A stretch of 64,000 nt of DNA. Origin: an uncultured Bacteriovoracaceae bacterium. GTDB lineage: Bacteria > Bdellovibrionota > Bacteriovoracia > Bacteriovoracales > Bacteriovoracaceae. The notes under the pieces are model-generated. The model saw nothing but the letters and a program-made list of their open reading frames with translations. It searched no databases and had not been told where the DNA came from. The stretch's first letter is position 1; each line of letters opens with the position of its first letter. The position numbers and the translations under genes were made by a program. Of the stretch, positions 58,386-64,000 are shown one piece after another. The stretch is from assembly GCA_964012805.1 (NCBI GenBank), contig CAXGUD010000016.1, forward strand, positions 22,918-86,917, in the 5' to 3' direction.

Positions 58386-58424
58386 AAAAGCCCCACCCCT
58401 ATTTTAGGGGTTTTGGAGCTTTTT
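58386..58424 (-). terminator. probable intrinsic terminator after ileS
   Basis: AAAAGCCCCA-CCCCT-attt-TAGGGG...TGGAGCTTTT imperfect hairpin just past the ileS stop. Confidence 0.6.
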
Positions 58425-58440
58425 ATTAGAAAAGAAAATT

Positions 58441-61400
58441 TTAGGCTTTATCGATGGAGAGTGATAGGTCCATTGATTCAATGGAATACTCAAGTGGAGT
58501 AGGGTTTGTAAGGGTTCCTTGCTCAAGAGAAACTGCTAAAGTTTCCTTTGATATGTACTCTCTGTGAATATTTATTACATGAGATAATTTATCACTTCCT
58601 TGGTAAGTGATTTGAATTCTATCAGAGACGTTAAACCCAAGCTCTTTTCTTGATTTCTGTATTCTGTTTACCACTTCTCTGGCGAGTCCTTCAGAAATAA
58701 GTTCTTCGTTCAAAGTACAATCAAGCTCAATAGAAATATGACGGTTTGATATTGCATCGCTCCCTTCCTTAGCCTCTCTAAAAACCAAAATATCTGAAGC
58801 AGAAAGTTTTTCTCCCAGTAATTCAATTTCACCTTTTTCTTCTAAATTCATAAGGTCTTCAGCTTTAAGTTCGGAAATAGACTTTCTAATTTTTCCGAAG
58901 CTTTTTCCAAACCTTTTGCCTAGAACAGGGCTGTTTGGTTTTGCATAAAGCTTAATAAACTGACCCTCATTTTCTGAGTAAAGAAGTTCCTTAACATTAA
59001 GCTCTGCCTTGATGTACCCTTCAAGCTTGGAAATTTCCTTGAGAAGGTCCTGGTCTTTATGTATAACGGTAAGTTTTGAAAGTGGTGTTTTAACTTTAAT
59101 GTTTGTCTTGTTTCTCTTTTGCCTTCCAAGAAGGATAATTTGTTGCATTCTCCCCATGGCATCTTCAAGAGTTGAGTCAATAAAGTCTTCATTGGGAACT
59201 GGGTAGGAGCAGTGGTGAACAGAACCAAGCAGATCTAATTGACCAAACTTTTTAAGCTCCTGATAGATGTATTCTGAAAGAAAAGGACTAAATGGTGCCA
59301 TAGCTACGCTAAGCTCTTTTACAGCTGTATATAACGTTGAGTAGGCTTCTTTTTTATCTTGAGAGAGGCCTTCACCCCAGAATCTGGATCTATTTAATCT
59401 AATATACCAATTGGTAAGGTCTTCAATGAAAGTGAAAAGCGCAGGAACAACATTGTAGAGCCTATAACCTTCCATTTCTCTTGAAATATTTTTCTTTAAA
59501 GTTTGAAGGTTAGAAAGGATCCAGCGGTCTGTTATATTTTCTCCAAAAGTGAGGTCCTTATCTGCATTCCATTGGTCAATGGAAGCGTAGGTTTGAAAAA
59601 ACTTGAATGAGTTAAGCCATGGAAGAAGGGCCCTTCTTACCATGTCTTTTACACCAGAGTCAGCAAACCTTTGTTCTTCACCTTTAACAAGACCGGAGTT
59701 GATGAGGTAAAGCCTGAGAGCATCAGCTCCATAGGTGTCCATGATTTTGTCAGGAGCTGTATAGTTTTTAAGACTTTTGGACATTTTTTTGCCATCTTCT
59801 GCCATGACAAGACCATTTACGATAACATTCTTAAAAGCAGGCTTATCATAAAGAGCAGCGGCCAAAACAGTAAGGGTGTAGAACCATCCTCTCGTCTGGT
59901 CTAAGCCTTCGGCGATAAACTCAGCCGGGAAACCTTGCTCAAAAACATCTTTATTTTCAAAAGGGTAGTGAATTTGAGCATAAGGCATGGACCCAGATTC
60001 AAACCAGCAGTCAAGAACCTCAGTAATTCTTTTGTAAGTTCCCTCTTCACCTTCAATAGAAAAGGTCAAATGGTCGATGTTTTCTCTGTGAAGGTCATTG
60101 ACTTTTTCACCTGTATAGTCTTCAAGCTCTTTTATAGAACCAATGCATACCCTATTTCCTGTAGTTTCATTGATCCATATTGGGATAGGTGTTCCAAAAA
60201 CTCTATTTCTTGAGATTGCCCAATCTCTAGCACCTTCAAGCCACTTGCCAAAACGACCCTCTTTTATGTGGTCTGGTACCCAGTGAATCTCTTTGTTTGC
60301 AGCAATAATTTTATCTTTAATAGTTTCAACTTTTACATACCATTGGGGAATTGAGCGATAGATAAGGGGAGTATTGGATCTAGGGCAATGAGGGTAAGAG
60401 TGAACAATCACGCCTTGATCATAAAGTTTTCCGCTTTCTTTAAGATCTTTTATAATTTGTTTGTCAGCATCCTTCACCATAGTACCTTCATAATCGGTAA
60501 CGGGCTGTGTGAAGTGTCCCTTGTCGTCGACTGGGCATGCATTAAAGTAGAGGCCCTCTGACTTCATAACCCTGTTATCGTCCTCACCAAAATCGGGAGC
60601 AAGGTGGACTATACCTGTACCACTATCAGTTGTTACATAGCCGTCATTAAAAATTTGAAAAGCCCCTTTTTCTTTGTAATCGGAAAAGAAAGGAAAGAGT
60701 GGCTTGTATGTTTTGCCTTTAAGAGCATCTCCCTTAAACGTTTCCAGAACTTTTAATTTTCTTTTCTTACCTTTCACTGCTTCAAGTCTGTCTTTAGCAA
60801 GAACCATATTAATTTTTTTGTCCTCGTCAAAAACTTTAACATAGTCAATATCGGCCCCAAGACAGAGTCCAAGGTTGGAAGGAAGTGTCCAAGGAGTTGT
60901 AGTCCATGCGGCGAGATAGGTTTTCTCATCTTTTCCTAGAGCTTCATCAAGTTCAAATAGGACAGTAATGGCCGGGTCTTGAACATCAGCGTAGTTAGAA
61001 GAAGCTTCATGGTTTGAAAGGCCTGTACCTAAAGTAGCAGAAAAAGGAACAACCTTTGTTCCTTGATAAACGAGGTCTTTGTCCCAGAGTTGTTTGAGAA
61101 CCCACCAAACTGATTCCATAAAGTCTGGGTCCATTGTTTTGTAATCATTCTCAAAGTCTACCCAACGACCTATTCTTTTGATCGTTGTTTCCCATTCTTT
61201 TGAAAAACGTTGAACAATTCCTCTGCATTCATCATTGTAGGCTTTAATTCCAATCTTTTTAATAGTGTCTTGAGCAGACATACCCATCTTTTTGTCAATT
61301 TCGTATTCAATAGGGAGACCATGACAATCCCATCCAAAACGCCTTTCTATGTAGAAGCCCTTCATTGTGAAATAGCGTGGAATAATATCTTTAATAGTCG

Positions 61401-61596
61401 AAGCAACGAGGTGGCCATGGTGAGGAAGCCCAGTAGCAAAAGGAGGTCCATCGTAAAAAATATAGGGCTTTTTATCTCTGGTCAGCTCAAGAGATTTTTC
61501 AAATGCTTTTTCTTTCTCCCAATAACGCAGAATATTTTTTTCCGTTTCTACGAAAGAAAATGACTCTTGTTGTTCTTGGCTATTTTTTTCTGACAC
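58441..61596 (-). CDS. ileS: isoleucine--tRNA ligase, type 2 (eukaryote/archaea-like)
   Basis: DGPPFATGLPHHGH, GWDCHGLP, WTTTPWTLP, GTGIVH, KMSKS; long C-terminus EGLAREVVNRIQ without the type-1 Zn finger. Confidence 0.97.
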   Translation of the reverse strand: MSEKNSQEQQESFSFVETEKNILRYWEKEKAFEKSLELTRDKKPYIFYDGPPFATGLPHHGHLVASTIKDIIPRYFTMKGFYIERRFGWDCHGLPIEYEIDKKMGMSAQDTIKKIGIKAYNDECRGIVQRFSKEWETTIKRIGRWVDFENDYKTMDPDFMESVWWVLKQLWDKDLVYQGTKVVPFSATLGTGLSNHEASSNYADVQDPAITVLFELDEALGKDEKTYLAAWTTTPWTLPSNLGLCLGADIDYVKVFDEDKKINMVLAKDRLEAVKGKKRKLKVLETFKGDALKGKTYKPLFPFFSDYKEKGAFQIFNDGYVTTDSGTGIVHLAPDFGEDDNRVMKSEGLYFNACPVDDKGHFTQPVTDYEGTMVKDADKQIIKDLKESGKLYDQGVIVHSYPHCPRSNTPLIYRSIPQWYVKVETIKDKIIAANKEIHWVPDHIKEGRFGKWLEGARDWAISRNRVFGTPIPIWINETTGNRVCIGSIKELEDYTGEKVNDLHRENIDHLTFSIEGEEGTYKRITEVLDCWFESGSMPYAQIHYPFENKDVFEQGFPAEFIAEGLDQTRGWFYTLTVLAAALYDKPAFKNVIVNGLVMAEDGKKMSKSLKNYTAPDKIMDTYGADALRLYLINSGLVKGEEQRFADSGVKDMVRRALLPWLNSFKFFQTYASIDQWNADKDLTFGENITDRWILSNLQTLKKNISREMEGYRLYNVVPALFTFIEDLTNWYIRLNRSRFWGEGLSQDKKEAYSTLYTAVKELSVAMAPFSPFLSEYIYQELKKFGQLDLLGSVHHCSYPVPNEDFIDSTLEDAMGRMQQIILLGRQKRNKTNIKVKTPLSKLTVIHKDQDLLKEISKLEGYIKAELNVKELLYSENEGQFIKLYAKPNSPVLGKRFGKSFGKIRKSISELKAEDLMNLEEKGEIELLGEKLSASDILVFREAKEGSDAISNRHISIELDCTLNEELISEGLAREVVNRIQKSRKELGFNVSDRIQITYQGSDKLSHVINIHREYISKETLAVSLEQGTLTNPTPLEYSIESMDLSLSIDKA

Positions 61597-61797
61597 TTTT
61601 GCTCCCCCTCTTAAACTTATAACCGAGGGATACTACCGGCCTGATGGCGAGTTGTGTAGAGAGTAATGACGCCAAAACTTAGGAAAAAGAGTTCTTTCCA
61701 AGAATGTGAGGACTTTATGCGTTATTATGAGGGCTTTAGGAGCTTGAAACGTAAGGTCGGTCTTCCCAAAGTGGACCTTTACTTGGAGGCAATAATA

Positions 61798-63222
61798 GTG
61801 AGAAAGACTCTTTGCGCAATATTCTTTATGCTCACTTTTTCAATGATGGTCTTTTTGAATTTGGGAAAAGCAGGAGAGGCTTACTTTAAGGGGCATAAGA
61901 GAAGTCTCATTGAATGGGATGTCTTGGATCATAAAAAATGGTTAAGCTTTAAAAAGTGGAAGGAAAAATACGAGAAAAGGGAAAAGTTTCCTCCTTGGGA
62001 ACGACTAAAAAGAGAAAGAAGTCTCAAAGAACTTGTTGGTTATGTAATGGATTGTAGAGGTGAGTGTTTCCTTTATAGAGGGTTGGGGAAAAATAAAATT
62101 CAGTTTAGAAGTGCAATTAGAGAGGGAGATGAAATTCAAACTAAGAAAGATTCATACCTGTGGCTTTTTCTAATGGATGGAACAATGGTTAGGGTATCGC
62201 CAAAGACTTCCATAACCATGAGAGAAATAAATATAAGTCCTAACGAAGTTTTTTTCCACGCTCGAATTAATTTTGGCAATGTTTTATGGCTTTCTCGAGA
62301 AGGATCTTCCTTTGAGGAAAAAGTTGATAGGGAAACAGACTCACTTTTTCATCCGCACCCTCTCTTTGAGGTATTGCCCAAATTAAAAAAGAAAGAAATT
62401 AATGAAAATGACTTATTTTCTTATTTGGAAGATTCCTCTCCTACTTTAAACCAATATAAAAGGCTAAACCTTGAGATAAAGAAGAATTTTTCTCAATACA
62501 ATTCAAAAAGATCTATAGCTTTTCTCGTCATGCCAAACGGAACTCTTTTTGGGGAAAGGTTGAAAGTTGAGATGATTGTCCTTTTGGGAGGAGAAACCTT
62601 TTTAAAAAGGCGTACCTTTAAGCAGTTGGGTTTAAAAGAAAAAGGAGCTCCTGAATCGTTACTAGCAGAAGTTTTTTTAAGGGGTTATGAAAATGATAAG
62701 GGAAACTTAATTGAAGAAGGACAGTGGTATGAGATCGATAAAAATGGAACTAGCTTGAGTGAGCTTGGGCCATCAGCTTATAAGAAGTTTTTAATGAGTG
62801 AATTTTTGACTCAAAGGATACCGACGATACTATTGGCAAGAGAAGCCTTTTTGAAACGCTATTCTTCTTTTATTTTTAATAAAGGGTTAACTTCGAAGGA
62901 GTTGGCCCTTCGTTATGGCTACCGCTTGTGGAGAAGTTGGAATAGCAAGAAAAAGGAGATGAGGGAAAGAGTAGAGTATTTGAAGGAATATACAAGAAGG
63001 GTAGAAACAACTGTTTTAAAAGAATCTTTGAAGTTAAGAAAAAGATTTATCAAAAGGAATGAAAGAATACACCCAATAACTTATGATAGTCGGTTTTATA
63101 AAAAAGCGATGGAGAGCTATTATAAGTCTTTAGCCTACCCATCTTCAATTGAGAGTGATAAAGAGGTTTTGAATAGTACGCGTCACCCTCTTTGGGGAAA
63201 AGTAAAAGCCTATGGAAAATAA
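61798..63222 (+). CDS. exported hypothetical protein with FecR-like beta domain
   Basis: GTG 61798 after GGAGG; signal or TM segment; IREGDEIQTKKDSYLWLFLMDGTMVRVSPKT is FecR-like. Confidence 0.7.
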   Translation: MRKTLCAIFFMLTFSMMVFLNLGKAGEAYFKGHKRSLIEWDVLDHKKWLSFKKWKEKYEKREKFPPWERLKRERSLKELVGYVMDCRGECFLYRGLGKNKIQFRSAIREGDEIQTKKDSYLWLFLMDGTMVRVSPKTSITMREINISPNEVFFHARINFGNVLWLSREGSSFEEKVDRETDSLFHPHPLFEVLPKLKKKEINENDLFSYLEDSSPTLNQYKRLNLEIKKNFSQYNSKRSIAFLVMPNGTLFGERLKVEMIVLLGGETFLKRRTFKQLGLKEKGAPESLLAEVFLRGYENDKGNLIEEGQWYEIDKNGTSLSELGPSAYKKFLMSEFLTQRIPTILLAREAFLKRYSSFIFNKGLTSKELALRYGYRLWRSWNSKKKEMRERVEYLKEYTRRVETTVLKESLKLRKRFIKRNERIHPITYDSRFYKKAMESYYKSLAYPSSIESDKEVLNSTRHPLWGKVKAYGK

Positions 63223-63856
63223 TACGTCATATCAATTTATTTTAGCAAGTGGTAGTCCTCGTCGCAGGGAGATGTTGGAGTGGTTGGGATTTCCCTTCAC
63301 AGTTAAGACCATTCCTATTGATGAAAAAAGCTCTCGTGATCATCCGGGAGATAAGGCAGTTGATATTGCGGAGAAGAAGTGCTCTGCGTTGGAGGGTTGG
63401 CTACATGCTGAAGAAGTAGACTGTGCTTTAGTATTAGCTGCAGATACCATTGTTTCCAAAGATGGTCAGTGTTTTGGAAAACCCGTGAATGAAGAGGAAG
63501 CGATAAAAACCCTTAGCTTTTTATCAGGAACAACTCATGCTGTTTATACTGGGGTTGCCTTAGGTTTTTGGGAAAAGGGCAAAGGCTTTAAAAAAATGAA
63601 GACTTTTTATGAAGAGACAAAAGTTGAATTTTATCCTATCCCTGAAGACCTCATGGATCATTATATTAAAAGTGGGGAGTACAAGGATAAAGCTGGAGCA
63701 TACGGAATTCAAGGCCAAGCATTAACTTTTATTAAAGGGATTGTAGGTTCTTACTCCAATGTTGTTGGGCTACCTTTATCTGAGGTTGTTCAAGAGATAA
63801 AGGAGCTTCTTCTTAAAGAACCTGGAGATCAAAATCTTAAAGATCTTTTTTCCTAA
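63212..63856 (+). CDS. maf: Maf family nucleoside triphosphate pyrophosphatase
   Basis: ILASGSPRRREML, IDE, AADTIV, GKP, DKAGAYGIQ, NVVGLP. Confidence 0.96.
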   Translation: MENNTSYQFILASGSPRRREMLEWLGFPFTVKTIPIDEKSSRDHPGDKAVDIAEKKCSALEGWLHAEEVDCALVLAADTIVSKDGQCFGKPVNEEEAIKTLSFLSGTTHAVYTGVALGFWEKGKGFKKMKTFYEETKVEFYPIPEDLMDHYIKSGEYKDKAGAYGIQGQALTFIKGIVGSYSNVVGLPLSEVVQEIKELLLKEPGDQNLKDLFS

Positions 63857-63870
63857 AACCAGGACTAATA

Positions 63871-64000
63871 GTGAATAAATTAACTGGGAATGCCCAAAGC
63901 TTTATTCAAGATGTTAGTGAAAGAGGTTTAGAGGTTTAGAGGTTTAGAGGTTTAGAGGTTTCTTGTGTTGTTGAAGATAGAATTGGAGGCTTTAGTTTTA
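63871..64000 (+). pseudogene. putative ORF start interrupted by a TAG inside the repeat
   Basis: AGGA then GTG at 63871: MNKLTGNAQSFIQDVSERGLEV-stop(63937-63939); same frame resumes ...RGLEVSCVVEDRIGGFSF, open to the window edge. Confidence 0.45.
63922..63961 (+). repeat. 8-bp perfect tandem repeat (AGAGGTTT)x5
   Basis: Five contiguous exact copies. Confidence 0.95.

Noticed and set aside
1..64000. CRISPR arrays, IS elements, prophage, rRNA, defence islands
   Set aside because: No repeat-spacer arrays or mobile-element, phage or rRNA signatures seen; remaining short track ORFs are antisense or alternative-frame shadows of supported genes

Overview
AT-rich bacterial chromosomal segment, mostly housekeeping and metabolic genes. 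The gene repertoire (several secreted subtilases, a VIYGxDDR-type trypsin, a CheA-like HPt kinase lacking CheW, type-2 IleRS, sigma28-like promoters) suggests a predatory Bdellovibrionota (Bacteriovoracia-like) organism; this is inference. In order: a CoA/pantothenate operon (divergent ilvC-like reductase, panB, coaX, coaBC, panC) coupled to hflX; pabC-like, yacG, suhB; envelope genes (BamC-like lipoproteins, kdsD, lnt, two prodomain-less subtilases, mltG, ruvX); rho, prfA, prmC, murA; two orphan secreted proteins; a trypsin-LRR lipoprotein; an FMN glutamate-synthase-like protein; a split purine catabolism cluster (xdhCAB plus an allantoinase-OHCU decarboxylase fusion and uraH, with no uricase); ABC-F, gor, a CheA-like kinase, a third subtilase, an MFS transporter, tRNA-Gly(GCC); an exonuclease-WYL/KamA operon; lpdA and E2; ileS; maf. 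At the right edge an 8-bp tandem repeat puts an in-frame stop into a putative ORF. No CRISPR array, integrase, transposase or rRNA was seen.
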